From a virus (Duplodnaviria; Caudoviricetes), in the IMG/VR virus record IMGVR_UViG_3300015608_004761, positions 35,907-99,906 of that record: a stretch of 64,000 nucleotides of DNA; one strand, written 5' to 3'. The position numbers and the translations under genes are program-made. Position 1 is the first letter of the stretch; each line of letters opens with the position of its first letter. The notes beneath the pieces were generated by a model. That model was not told where the DNA came from and did not search any database. It saw only the letters and a list, made by a program, of their open reading frames with translations. Shown here in pieces: positions 17,112 to 27,600 of the stretch.

Positions 17112-19111
17112 AGCAGGCTCGGCTTTGCTACGGGGCGGTTCACTGCCGCCGCGTAGGTGCAGTTCTCCCGGAAGGGGACCGTGCCGTCAAGGGCGCACGC
17201 TTCCATGCGCGGGCAGGAGGCGCATCGGATCTTCTCGGTCATCGTGAAGGCGACCCGGTCCTTGAACCGGAGCACGCCGGCCACCATCCGGTCGAGCCCC
17301 CCGAGCCCCTCGGCGGTCAGGAGCCGGTAGCAGGTCATCTTGCGCTTCTGGCCGGGCCGGTTGTTCCTCTCGATGGCCTGCTGGTAGTCGAGCGGTGCCC
17401 ACGGCAGCGAGTAGAACACCGAGTAGTTGGCGGCGGGCAGGTTGATGCCGATCCCGGCGCTCACCATCCCGACGAGCACGCGCGTCTTGGGGTCCTCTTG
17501 CACCGCGAGCTCGATCCGCTCGACGTCCTTGGTCGTGTCCCCGTCCAGGCGCTCGACCTTGACCCCGAGCTCGGCGCACACGCCCATCATGTCGTCCAGC
17601 TCGTCGTCGAAGACCCCCCAGCACAGGACCTTGTTGGTGTCGTCCTCCTCCAGGATCTGTTCGAGGAGGTCCTTGAACACCTCCCGCTTGGGGTTCTCGA
17701 AGTCGCGCAGGACCTTGCGCGGGGGCTTCTGCTGCACGACGAGGCACTTCTTGGTGTAGGGCTTGATCCGCTCCTCCACGCACACCTCCATGCGCGGGCA
17801 GGCGTCGCAGATGGTCCGGTCGGGCGCCTCGATGAGGAAGCCGGAGATCACCTGGAGGAGCTTGTTCACCAGGGCGGCCCCGTGGGGCAGGTTGAAGAGG
17901 ACCTGCGCCGGGGGCGGCGCGAGGCCCGGCTCGGGGTTGTCGTCGAAGTGCGCGGCGTACGCCTCCAGCGCGGGGTCGAGCGTAGCCTGCATGGTTGATA
18001 CGAGCTCGTTGTAGCGGTGCTTCTGCCGGGTCCCGAGCTCGAAGGGCACGTCCACCACGGTCATGGCCGGCAGGTCCAGGCAGTCCTTCTTCTTCATCCG
18101 CAGCGCAACCGAGTCGACGATCGCGTTCATCTCGTTCAGGTTCTTGTAGCCCGTGCGGATCACGGCGTTGTACGGGGAGCGCGTGACGTACTTGTCGACG
18201 AACTTCTCGTAGTCCATCGGGACGAGGGCGGGCGAGAGGAAGTAGAGCTGTCCGTAGAGCTTCTCGGGCGTGTCGCCCGGCGTGCCGGTTAGCGCGATGC
18301 GGCGCGGCGCGGGCACCGACAGGGCCACCACGGCCTGCGTCTGTTCGCTCTTCCAGTTGCCCAGGCGGTGCGACTCGTCGGCCACGATCACGTCGTAGCC
18401 GAGCTCCAGGAGGCGGCTCCGCTCGGGGGCGAAGATCGCCATCTTGCCGAACTGCGGGTGCTCGATCTCGGTGTTCGCCATGAGGCGCGCGCGGGCGTAG
18501 CTCACCCCCACGACCTGGGCCGACTTGGCGGCCTCCCAGGACTCCTCGGTCCCGTCGAAGTAGACGCCCTTCCACTCCCCGCGCGACACGCGCCCCGTCT
18601 CGCGCGCCCAGCCGGGGAGCACGACCGGGGGCCCGACGACGAGGGCCTTCTTGAAGGGGGCCTCGCGGGCGATCACGCGGAGGGCGTCGAGCGTCGTGCG
18701 CGTCTTGCCCGTGCCCATGTCCCACAGGAGGAACGTCCGGGCCCAGTGCCGGATGCGCGATACGCCGTACCGCTGGTACTTGAAAGGCTGGAAGGTGTCG
18801 GGGAAGAACTCGCCCGGCACGTCCGCGAGGCACGGCTCCCCCCTCGCCCAGGCGGCCTCCTCCGATTCCCAGGCGCGGTCCTTAGCCTCGATATCGGCCG
18901 CAAGCGCCAGGGCGTCCGGCGTCCAGCGCGCGCCCACGGCCAGCTTGCGCAGGTCCCGCATTGCCCACAGGCCGAATGGGTAGTACCCGGGGAAGATCCA
19001 GGTGCCGCTGACGTACTGGGCGCCCCACGCGCGGGCGAGCGGGGACTTCTCGGGGCCGGGCGACGCGAACGCGCGTGCCGTATTGTTGAGCGTGAACGAC
19101 CTGATCTCCAT
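17108..19111 (-). CDS. SNF2-family SF2 helicase
   Basis: DMGTGKT, ADESH, LTGTP, AGIGINL, QAIERNNRPGQ. Confidence 0.9.
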   Translation of the reverse strand: MEIRSFTLNNTARAFASPGPEKSPLARAWGAQYVSGTWIFPGYYPFGLWAMRDLRKLAVGARWTPDALALAADIEAKDRAWESEEAAWARGEPCLADVPGEFFPDTFQPFKYQRYGVSRIRHWARTFLLWDMGTGKTRTTLDALRVIAREAPFKKALVVGPPVVLPGWARETGRVSRGEWKGVYFDGTEESWEAAKSAQVVGVSYARARLMANTEIEHPQFGKMAIFAPERSRLLELGYDVIVADESHRLGNWKSEQTQAVVALSVPAPRRIALTGTPGDTPEKLYGQLYFLSPALVPMDYEKFVDKYVTRSPYNAVIRTGYKNLNEMNAIVDSVALRMKKKDCLDLPAMTVVDVPFELGTRQKHRYNELVSTMQATLDPALEAYAAHFDDNPEPGLAPPPAQVLFNLPHGAALVNKLLQVISGFLIEAPDRTICDACPRMEVCVEERIKPYTKKCLVVQQKPPRKVLRDFENPKREVFKDLLEQILEEDDTNKVLCWGVFDDELDDMMGVCAELGVKVERLDGDTTKDVERIELAVQEDPKTRVLVGMVSAGIGINLPAANYSVFYSLPWAPLDYQQAIERNNRPGQKRKMTCYRLLTAEGLGGLDRMVAGVLRFKDRVAFTMTEKIRCASCPRMEACALDGTVPFRENCTYAAAVNRPVAKPSLL

Positions 19112-19131
19112 GGGCTCCTCCGAAGGGTGAC

Positions 19132-20850
19132 ATGTACGAACTAGACGCGATGGGGCCGTACCAGAACGGCGGCGGCGCCTACGGGCACCCGAACCCCCAG
19201 TACGACTACCTGAGCGGGTTCACGCCCAGGAAGCTCAAGGACCTGATCCGGCAAGCCGAGTACATCGGCTTCAACTCGGCGCACATCTACGGCGTCGTCC
19301 GCAAGTTCGGCGAGTACCCCATCACGGAGCTGGAGTACGAGACGGCCTCGGACTCCGAGCGCGAGCGGCACGAGAAGCTCTTCGACAACGAGCTGCGCTT
19401 CAAGGGGTTCCTCACGCTGGTCTCCTTCGATGTGTGGCTCACGGGCAACAGCTTCGTGAGCATGTACGAGCCGATCAAGCGGGACCTGCGGTGTCCGTCC
19501 TGCAAGATCCCCGAGGACGTCGCGGCGGCGGACTACACCTTCCACCTGGACCGCCTGGAGTTCCGGTTCAACTGCCGCAACTGCGGTCTGCGCAACCAGA
19601 TCGCCGAGGTCGTCGACCAGCCACTGCGCGAGCCGAGCCGCATCAAGCTCCGACGCTGGGACCCGAAGCTCATCGACATCGACTCGAACCTCATCACCGG
19701 GGAGGACGAGTACTACTACACGATCCCGCGCGCCTTCGTCGCCGAGGTTCGCGCGGGCAACAAGCTGAAGATCAACCACACGCCGATGGAGTTCCTCGCG
19801 GCGATGAGGGACCGGAAGATCTTCAAGTTCGCCCCCGACGCCATCTACCACATGCGTATGCCGGGCCCGGCCGGGGAGCAGGGCCAGTGGGGCTTCCCTC
19901 CCATCACGGCGGCCATCAAGCTCTTCCTCTTCGCGGCCGTGCTCAGGCGCGCCAACGAGGCGATCGCCATGGAGCACATCACGCCCTTCCGCGTGATGCA
20001 CCCCACGCAAGCGAGCAGCCAGGGCGACCCGCTCACGACCATCAACCTCGGGCGCTGGCGGCAGGAGCTGGAAGGGAACCTCCGCGCCTTCCGCAAGGAC
20101 CCCCTGCGCGTCATGTTCTCCCCGATCCCCATCGGCGTGCAGAACATCGGCGGCGAGGGACGCACCCTCCTGACGCTCGGCGAGCTGGAGCAGGCCGAGA
20201 AGAACATCGTCCTCTCGCTCGGCGTCCCGATGGAGTTCCTCACCGGGGGCCTCGGGCAGACGCGCGGCGACGTGACGCTCCGCATGATCGAGAACCAGCT
20301 CCGTACCCACATCGAGAACCTGAACGGGCTCGCGCAGTGGACCGAGCGGCGCGCGGCGGGGTTCCTCAAGTGGGCCTCGATCCCCGTGCGCCTCCAAGAC
20401 TTCAAGATGACGGACGACGTGGACGCCAAGCAGTTCCGTCTCCAGATGTGGACGCAAGGGAGGGTGAGCGACACGACGATGGCGCAGTCGCTCAACATGG
20501 ACCTCAAGAACGAGATGAAGCTCATCAAGCAGGAGCAGCTCGACCGCCAGCGCAACGAGAGCGAGACCCAGCTCGCCCTCCAGCGCCAACAGCAGGCCCT
20601 GTCGCTCACCTCGCAGCAGCGCGCCATGCAGGCGCAGGGCGGCGTGGCCTACGACCCGCAGCAGGTGCTGGCCGCCAACGCCCCCATCGCCCAGGAGCTC
20701 GGCGAGATGGACGAGGGCACCCGCCGGAGCCGCCTCGACGCCTTGCAGGGCGAGGACCCGGTCGCGTACGCTGTTGTCAAGATGCTCCTCGAACAGAAGC
20801 AACAGAACGACACGGCGCAGGCCAAGCAGCAGTCGCGAGGGGGTGGGTGA
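19132..20850 (+). CDS. Portal protein with an inserted CxxC..CxxC zinc ribbon
   Basis: Size; portal-like segments KFGEYPI, GNSFV, RWDPKLI, WGFPP, IVLSLGVPMEFL; Q-rich C-terminus. Confidence 0.65.
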   Translation: MYELDAMGPYQNGGGAYGHPNPQYDYLSGFTPRKLKDLIRQAEYIGFNSAHIYGVVRKFGEYPITELEYETASDSERERHEKLFDNELRFKGFLTLVSFDVWLTGNSFVSMYEPIKRDLRCPSCKIPEDVAAADYTFHLDRLEFRFNCRNCGLRNQIAEVVDQPLREPSRIKLRRWDPKLIDIDSNLITGEDEYYYTIPRAFVAEVRAGNKLKINHTPMEFLAAMRDRKIFKFAPDAIYHMRMPGPAGEQGQWGFPPITAAIKLFLFAAVLRRANEAIAMEHITPFRVMHPTQASSQGDPLTTINLGRWRQELEGNLRAFRKDPLRVMFSPIPIGVQNIGGEGRTLLTLGELEQAEKNIVLSLGVPMEFLTGGLGQTRGDVTLRMIENQLRTHIENLNGLAQWTERRAAGFLKWASIPVRLQDFKMTDDVDAKQFRLQMWTQGRVSDTTMAQSLNMDLKNEMKLIKQEQLDRQRNESETQLALQRQQQALSLTSQQRAMQAQGGVAYDPQQVLAANAPIAQELGEMDEGTRRSRLDALQGEDPVAYAVVKMLLEQKQQNDTAQAKQQSRGGG

Positions 20851-21209
20851 TGGCCGACCCGTGGGCAGAGCACGAGGGCTTCCGGGGCCCCAACGTCAAC
20901 ACCGTCAAGCCCGGCCGGGTGCACTACGACACGTTCGTCGTCTTCCGCCCCTACTACCTGTGCCCCGCCTGCAAGAAGGTGATGGCGCAGGACGACTTCC
21001 AGTACCCCGAGGACGACGACTACGTCTGTCCGCACGTCCGCCGGAGCGCGCTGGAGAAGATCATGGACAAGGTGATCGCCGGCACCGCGCAGAAGTTCTC
21101 GATGGACCAGCTCGTCATGGAGAGCGGCGTCGTCCAGGTCACGCTCGTCTGGGCGGACGTCGATCGGCCAAAGGAGGAAGGAGGGTGGTCGAGGCCCAGC
21201 CACATGTGA
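20850..21209 (+). CDS. Hypothetical protein (CxxC..CPH)
   Basis: TGATG coupling to the portal gene. Confidence 0.65.
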   Translation: MADPWAEHEGFRGPNVNTVKPGRVHYDTFVVFRPYYLCPACKKVMAQDDFQYPEDDDYVCPHVRRSALEKIMDKVIAGTAQKFSMDQLVMESGVVQVTLVWADVDRPKEEGGWSRPSHM

Positions 21210-21333
21210 TGGCTGGGCCCCGGTCACCGGTTGGTGTCGTCGTCAGAGGATGACGACGATGACGAACTTGAGCACGCTGGTCAGTACCATGCGCACCTCC
21301 TTCCGCATCCTTGTACCCTAACGAGAGCCCATT

Positions 21334-24300
21334 ATGAGCGAGCCGACGCCCATCCTCACCGACGCCTCCCACATCCGCGAGCGGATTCGGGAGAAAGCGA
21401 TCCAGACCGCGTACGCCGTATTCCCCCTGGAGGCCCAGGGGCGGAAGCTGGAGATCGAGGATGTCCACGTCCGCAACGAGCGTTACAGCCCGGTGCGAGA
21501 GGCGCGCGCGCTCATGACCGACGGGACGCTGTCCGAGGCGATGCGCGGGACGCTCGTTCTGCGCGACAAGGACGGCACGGTGCTCGACCGGGCCAAGAAC
21601 TTCACCATCGCGCACCTGCCGTACTTCACCGACCGCCACACGGTGATCGCGAACGGCAACGAGTACCAGATCGCGAACCAGCTCCGCAGGAAGCCCGGGG
21701 TCTACACGGCGCGCGCGGACAACGGGGAGCTCCGGGCCATCTTCAACCTGGGCCGTGGGAAGAACTTCGACCTCGGGTTCGAGCCCAACAAGGGCACCTT
21801 CCACCTCGCCTACGGCACGAGCAACATCCCGCTTTACCCAGTGCTGCGGGCGCTGGGCGTCTCACACCAGACGATCGCCGACCAGTGGGGAAAGGGTGTC
21901 GCGGACGCGAACCACACCGCCCACGGCCATCAGACCGAGAAGGCCGTGGCGAGTCTCTACGCCAAGGTCGAGCACCCGGTGGTGATGAACCCGAACCTGC
22001 CGCACGCCGAGAAGGTGACGGCGCTCCAGAGGAAGTACGACCAATCGACGCTCGACCCGCGCGTGACCGAGGCGACGCTCGGGGTGGCCTGGGATAAGGT
22101 GACGCCGCAGGCGCTCATCGGTGCGGCCAAGAAGGTGCTGGCCGTCCACAACGACAAGGCGCAGGTCGACGACACCGACTCGCTCACCTTCAAGACTTTC
22201 CACTCGATCGACGACTTCATCGCCGAGCGCATGCGCCTGACGGCCCGCGCGTGGGTCCCCGCCGCCAAGCGCGCCTTGAACGGCAAGACCAACATCCGCG
22301 AAGCCCTGCGCCCGGCGCCCTTTTCGGACGGGCTGCGCAAGTGGGTCACGACCTCGTCGCTCTCGGCCGTGCCAACGGGCATCAACCCGCTGGAGATGCT
22401 CGACCACGCCGTCAAGGTGACCTCGCTCGGCGAGGGCGGGATCCCCAGCGATCGCGCGATCCCGCTGGACGCGCGCATGATCCACAACACACACATCGGC
22501 GCGCTCGACCCGATTCGCACGCCGGAGTCGAACCATTCCGGGGTCGACATCCGGGCGACCCTGGCCGCGCACCGCGACAAGGAGGGCAACCTCTACACCG
22601 TCGTCAAGAACGTCAAGACCGGCAAGGAGGAGTTCCTCCGGTCGGGCGAGCTGCGCAAGCACGTCCTGGCCTTCCCCGGCGAGGACCTGCGCGGGCACGT
22701 GGACGCCTTCGTCGGCGGCAAGGTCGAGCGGGTGCCCGGTGATAAGGTCACCCACCAGCTCCTGCACACCGCCCACACCTACTCGCCCGCGACGACGCTG
22801 ATCCCCATGATCCACTCGATCCAAGGCAACCGCGCCATCATGGGGTCCAAGATGGGCACCCAGGCGCTGCCGCTGCTGGAGCGCGAGGCGCCGTACGTCC
22901 AGGTCCGCTCGCACCTGCCGGGCGGAGAGAGCTTCGAGACCGTCTACGGCCACATGTTCGTGCCGCGCGCGACGGTGAGCGGGACGGTGAAGAAGATCGA
23001 GGACGGCTGGATCTACATCAAGCCGGACAAGGAGCACGAGAAGAAGTCCGAAGTTCGCCGTGAGGATGACGACGTCGACGCGGACGGGGTGAAGGTCGCC
23101 GCCGAGGACGACGGGCTCGTCAAGGTGCCCTACCAGACGCTCTTCCCGTTCCCCTCCAAGACCTACCTGCACCACGAGCTCTCGGTGAAGCCGGGCGACA
23201 AGGTGCAGGAGGGTCAGCGCCTGGGCGAGTCGAACTACACCCGCAAAGGCACCCTCGCCCTCGGCAAGAATCTGCTCGTGGCCTACATGCCGTACTACGG
23301 CCTGAACTCCAACGACGCCGTCGTGATCTCGGAGGGTTGCGCGAAGAAGCTGACCTCTGAGCACATGTACCGCGAGGTCTACGCGCTGAACCCGCAGATC
23401 GAGCTCTCGCGCGAGAAGCACCGGATGTACTTCGGCAACAAGTACACCCGCGAGCAGTACGGCGTACTCGACGAGACGGGCGTCGTGAAGAAGGGCTCGC
23501 GAGTCCACCCGAAGGACCTCCTGGTCGCCGGGCTCACCAAGACCCAGGTGCTGGGCACGGACGCGCTCCTCGGGCGCATCTCCAAGAGCCTCGCCAAGCC
23601 CTACCAGGAGGTGACGCTCTCCTGGACCCACGGCACCCCGGGCGAGGTCGTGGACGTGGTGCGCACGGCCACGCAGATCGCCATCCTCGTGCGCACCCAC
23701 GAGCAGATGCAGGTCGGCGACAAGCTCTGCTACGACGAGCAGACGGAGGTTCTAACCGACCACGGGTGGAAGCACTTCGACTTGCTGGACCCCTTGACGG
23801 ATCGTGTGGCGAGCCTTGAAGGCGGGGCCCTCCGTTACGTGGAACCCGAAGCGTACCATCGGTACGCGCGCGGGGGTCGCATGTACGCCGTCTCGTCGCA
23901 ACAGCTCGACCTGTTCGTAACGGACCACCACGGGATGTACGTTCAGCGGCGCGGCGAGACCGAGTTCGCCTTGCGGCCGGCGGAAGACATCGCCGGCCAG
24001 CGGGTTCGATACAAGAAGGACGCGGACTGGCAGGGCGAGACGCCCGACCACGTGGTCTTCCCTTCGCTCACCGTCGCCGCAGGGCAGGGGGGGCGTGGGT
24101 CTCGCGTGCTGACCCCGCTGCGCATGCGAACGGACGCCTACGCCATGCTGCTGGGCGCGTACCTGTCGGAGGGGAACCTCGTCGATCAACCCGAGAGCGG
24201 CAGCTACGGGATCGACATCACGCAGATCAAGGAGCCCAACCGGGCGCGACTGCTCACGGAGCTCCGCCGCCTGGGGCTCAAGTTCAACGAGCACGGGCGC

Positions 24301-26910
24301 GGAACGAAGGTACGCCTCTACTCGAAGCAGATCCTGGAACACTTCCGCCAGTTCGGGCACAGCCACGAGAAGTTCATCCCCCCGTACGTTTTCGATTGGG
24401 ACCGGAACACGCTGCGGATCCTTTTCGACTGGCTGGTGTGGGGAGACGGGAGCGTGGCCAACGGCCGTCCCGTCTCGTACACGACGACGTCACCGCGTCT
24501 CGCCGACGACGTACAGCGGCTGTGCCTTCACGTCGGATTCGCGGGCAACGTGAAGCGGAAGAAGCACCACCCGCGTCAAACGATCAAGGGCGAAGAGTAC
24601 GATTGCCGCCCATGCTTCGACGTCCGAATCGTGACGACCAAGCTGCATCCCCAGGTCAACCACGGACACGCAACGTCGCAGAAGGCTCAACGCGAAGGGT
24701 TCGTTCCCGATTACGAATCCCCAGTCTTCTGCGTAACGGTACCTTCGGGGGTGATCTACGTCCGGCGCAACGGAAAGGGGGTGTGGTCCGGCAACTCGGG
24801 TCGCTACGGGAACAAGGGCGTCGTCGCCAAGATCCTGCCGGACCACGAGATGGTTCAGGACTCGAAGGGCCGCCCCATCGACCTCCTGCTCACCTCGGCG
24901 GGCGTCGTCTCCCGCATCAACCCCGCGCAGGTCATCGAGACGGCCGTGGGCAAGGTCGTCGAGAAGACGGGCAAGCCCATCGTCTTCGACAACAACGCGC
25001 GCGTCAACGCCGTCGAGTGGGCCAAGGGGCTACTGCGCGAGCACGGCGTCTCGGACAAGGAGCACGTCTACGACCCGCTCCAGAAGCGACGCATCGAAGG
25101 CCCGGACGGCAAGGGCGTGCTCGTCGGCCGGCAGTTCATCTACAAGCTCTTCAAGTCGACGGACACGAACTTCGCCGCCCACGGCGTGGGCCCCTACGAC
25201 TTGAACCAGCAGCCGCTCAAGACCGGCGGCGACGACTCGGCCAAGGGCCTCGGCAAGATGGAGTTCGACGCGCTCATCGCCCACAACGCGCGCAACTTCC
25301 TGCGCGAGGCGGCGACGGTGAAGGGTCAGAAGAACGACGAGTTCTGGAAGGCCCTCCAGCTCGGCATGCCGCTGCCCGCACCGAAGAGCCCCTTCGCGTT
25401 CCAGAAGTTCGTCGGGATGCTCGAAGGGGCAGGGCTCCGCGTGGACAAGCGCGGCTCGAAGATGAAGCTCCTGCCCATGACGGACCGGGACGTCCTCGCC
25501 CGGTCGCGCGGGCCCATCGAGAACTCCAAGACCCTCATCGCCAAGAACCTGAAGCCCGAGACCGGGGGGCTGTTCGACCCGCGCCTGACGGGCGGCCCCC
25601 AAGGCACGCTCTACGCGCACATCGACCTGCACGAGCCGATCCCGAGCCCCGTCTTCCAGGAGCCCGTGCGGCGCCTGCTGGGCCTGACGGGCAAGGAGTT
25701 CGACCGGAAGCTCGCCGAGCACGGCGGGCAATGGTTCCACGCCGAGCTCAAGGCCATGGACGTGGGGGCCAAGATGCGCGCGCTCCAGGGCCAGCTCGCG
25801 AAGGCCAAGGGCGCCGAGCTCAACGACGTCGTCAAGCAGATCAAGTACCTGAAGGCCCTCCAGGCCGAGAAGATGGCACCCCACGAGGCGTACATGATCT
25901 CCAAGGTGCCGGTGATCCCGCCCGTGTTCCGCCCGATCGTGACCCAGCCGGGCGACAGCTCGCAGGTCTCGATCGGGGACGCGAACAAGCTCTACGGGCA
26001 CCTCATGGACTCCAACGACACCCTGAAGGCGACGGCCCTGGAGAGCGACCGGGGTAAGCACCGCCAGCAGGTCTTCAACGCCGTGGCCGCGCTCTACGGC
26101 ACCGAGGACGTGGCGAACGACGAGCTGCGCGGGCAGTCCGTCAAGGGGTTCCTCTCGAACATCGCCGGAGTGGGCACGCCGAAGGGCGGGTTCTTCCAGC
26201 GCAAGCTCATGCGGCGCACGCAGGACGTGTCGGGTCGCGGCACGGCCGTCCCGGACGCCAACCTCGGCATGGACCACGTCGGCATGCCCGAGCCGATGCT
26301 CTGGGGCATGTACGACAAGATGATCGTCGCGCGGCTCGTGCGGCAGGGCTACCCGGCGCTGGAGGCGCGCGAGCGCGTGACCAAGCGGGACCACGTGGCG
26401 CGCGAAGCGATGCTGGCCGAGACGCGCGAGCGCCCGGTGCTCATCAACCGGGCGCCGACGCTCCACCGATGGTCGATCGTGGCGGCCTACCCAGTGCCCG
26501 TCCAGGGGAAGACCATCCGCGTGAACCCCTTCATCGAGAAGGGCATGAACCTCGACTACGACGGCGACACCTTGCAGGTCCACGCGCCCATCACGCACGA
26601 CGCGATCGAGGACGCCCGCAAGATGACCCTGTCGCAGATGCTCCTGGCCGACCAGACGCACTCACGCCTCATGGCCTTCCCGCAGCACGAGGCGATCATC
26701 GGCTTCACCCACGCCTCCAAGGCCGTGGCCTCGGGCGCGAAGCCCCGCGAGTTCGCCTCGGCCGACGAGGCGGTGAAGGCGTGGCGCCGGGGAGAGATCA
26801 AGCTGAACGATCCCGTGACGCTCAAAGGGACCAAGACCGCCTCCGAGCAGGACCCAGACACGAACCTCACCCGCCTGCTATCCTGGCTGGAGAGCCAACC
26901 CGATGGATGA
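21334..26910 (+). CDS. Phage RNA polymerase: beta subunit fused to the N-terminal half of beta', interrupted by an intein
   Basis: Beta motifs PIRTPES, NRAIMGSKMGTQA, LGKNLLVAYMP, GDKL/SGRYGNKGVV, GVVSRIN, QQPL..GKME; beta' motifs GGLFD, VIPPVFRP, DVSGR, NRAPTLHR, catalytic NLDYDGD. Confidence 0.92.
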   Translation: MSEPTPILTDASHIRERIREKAIQTAYAVFPLEAQGRKLEIEDVHVRNERYSPVREARALMTDGTLSEAMRGTLVLRDKDGTVLDRAKNFTIAHLPYFTDRHTVIANGNEYQIANQLRRKPGVYTARADNGELRAIFNLGRGKNFDLGFEPNKGTFHLAYGTSNIPLYPVLRALGVSHQTIADQWGKGVADANHTAHGHQTEKAVASLYAKVEHPVVMNPNLPHAEKVTALQRKYDQSTLDPRVTEATLGVAWDKVTPQALIGAAKKVLAVHNDKAQVDDTDSLTFKTFHSIDDFIAERMRLTARAWVPAAKRALNGKTNIREALRPAPFSDGLRKWVTTSSLSAVPTGINPLEMLDHAVKVTSLGEGGIPSDRAIPLDARMIHNTHIGALDPIRTPESNHSGVDIRATLAAHRDKEGNLYTVVKNVKTGKEEFLRSGELRKHVLAFPGEDLRGHVDAFVGGKVERVPGDKVTHQLLHTAHTYSPATTLIPMIHSIQGNRAIMGSKMGTQALPLLEREAPYVQVRSHLPGGESFETVYGHMFVPRATVSGTVKKIEDGWIYIKPDKEHEKKSEVRREDDDVDADGVKVAAEDDGLVKVPYQTLFPFPSKTYLHHELSVKPGDKVQEGQRLGESNYTRKGTLALGKNLLVAYMPYYGLNSNDAVVISEGCAKKLTSEHMYREVYALNPQIELSREKHRMYFGNKYTREQYGVLDETGVVKKGSRVHPKDLLVAGLTKTQVLGTDALLGRISKSLAKPYQEVTLSWTHGTPGEVVDVVRTATQIAILVRTHEQMQVGDKLCYDEQTEVLTDHGWKHFDLLDPLTDRVASLEGGALRYVEPEAYHRYARGGRMYAVSSQQLDLFVTDHHGMYVQRRGETEFALRPAEDIAGQRVRYKKDADWQGETPDHVVFPSLTVAAGQGGRGSRVLTPLRMRTDAYAMLLGAYLSEGNLVDQPESGSYGIDITQIKEPNRARLLTELRRLGLKFNEHGRGTKVRLYSKQILEHFRQFGHSHEKFIPPYVFDWDRNTLRILFDWLVWGDGSVANGRPVSYTTTSPRLADDVQRLCLHVGFAGNVKRKKHHPRQTIKGEEYDCRPCFDVRIVTTKLHPQVNHGHATSQKAQREGFVPDYESPVFCVTVPSGVIYVRRNGKGVWSGNSGRYGNKGVVAKILPDHEMVQDSKGRPIDLLLTSAGVVSRINPAQVIETAVGKVVEKTGKPIVFDNNARVNAVEWAKGLLREHGVSDKEHVYDPLQKRRIEGPDGKGVLVGRQFIYKLFKSTDTNFAAHGVGPYDLNQQPLKTGGDDSAKGLGKMEFDALIAHNARNFLREAATVKGQKNDEFWKALQLGMPLPAPKSPFAFQKFVGMLEGAGLRVDKRGSKMKLLPMTDRDVLARSRGPIENSKTLIAKNLKPETGGLFDPRLTGGPQGTLYAHIDLHEPIPSPVFQEPVRRLLGLTGKEFDRKLAEHGGQWFHAELKAMDVGAKMRALQGQLAKAKGAELNDVVKQIKYLKALQAEKMAPHEAYMISKVPVIPPVFRPIVTQPGDSSQVSIGDANKLYGHLMDSNDTLKATALESDRGKHRQQVFNAVAALYGTEDVANDELRGQSVKGFLSNIAGVGTPKGGFFQRKLMRRTQDVSGRGTAVPDANLGMDHVGMPEPMLWGMYDKMIVARLVRQGYPALEARERVTKRDHVAREAMLAETRERPVLINRAPTLHRWSIVAAYPVPVQGKTIRVNPFIEKGMNLDYDGDTLQVHAPITHDAIEDARKMTLSQMLLADQTHSRLMAFPQHEAIIGFTHASKAVASGAKPREFASADEAVKAWRRGEIKLNDPVTLKGTKTASEQDPDTNLTRLLSWLESQPDG
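23728..24795 (+). mobile_element. 356-aa intein with LAGLIDADG homing endonuclease
   Basis: Starts CYDEQTEVLT, block B VTDHH, LAGLIDADG boxes LGAYLSEG and WLVWGDG, ends WSGN before Ser; removal restores GDKLSGRYGNKG. Confidence 0.92.
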
Positions 26911-27385
26911 CTTCCCTGCCGACATCGACGGAATGCTGAAGGCCGCCGAGGACCCGGAGCCGGAGCCCGACCCCGTGCCGGGCCTCGTGCGCAAGCTCCT
27001 CTCCGTCAAGTACGCCGTACTGCTGGCGTACGTGAGCTACGGCGACCAGCTCCGGGGCGCGAACCGCGACGGGCTCTACGAGCACTTCCAGGAGCACGTG
27101 AAGGACGAGCGCCGCTCGATCTACGAGTTGAACCGTCACCTCGCCTCGCGGGGGGAGGTGCACGTGCCGCACAACGTCACCATCCCCGAGGTCGAGCTCG
27201 GGGGCCCGGTGCCGCTCCTCGGCGTGCTCCTCCAGTTCGAGGAGGCCGCCCTCGAAGCGTGGCGCGAGCTCTTCCGCGCGATCCCGCCGAACAAGAACGT
27301 GGGGCTCTCGGGCTTCGCGCAGAACGGCGCGCAAGCCCAGCTCGCCCACGTCGAGGACCTGCGTCGCTGGGGGGCCCGGTCGTGA
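26903..27385 (+). CDS. Ferritin/Dps-like four-helix-bundle protein
   Basis: FQEHVKDERR, EEAALEAW, HVEDL pattern. Confidence 0.55.
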   Translation: MDDFPADIDGMLKAAEDPEPEPDPVPGLVRKLLSVKYAVLLAYVSYGDQLRGANRDGLYEHFQEHVKDERRSIYELNRHLASRGEVHVPHNVTIPEVELGGPVPLLGVLLQFEEAALEAWRELFRAIPPNKNVGLSGFAQNGAQAQLAHVEDLRRWGARS

Positions 27386-27600
27386 AGCGTGTCGAGGTGT
27401 CCATGGGCCCGATCGTCCGGGGCGACGCGGGGAAGTTCTCCGGCACGCGCCACGCGTTCACGCAGGCCGAGGAGGTGCTCAAGAAGTACGCGCTCCTGGC
27501 GGACAAGGGCAACCCGGCGGACTTCCTCGCCAAGCTCTTCCGCTCGAACCACTTCGGCTACGACGCGAAGACGAACCCCCTCAACCGGCGATACCCGTGA
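27382..27600 (+). CDS. Hypothetical protein
   Basis: GTGA overlaps at both ends. Confidence 0.6.
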   Translation: MKRVEVSMGPIVRGDAGKFSGTRHAFTQAEEVLKKYALLADKGNPADFLAKLFRSNHFGYDAKTNPLNRRYP

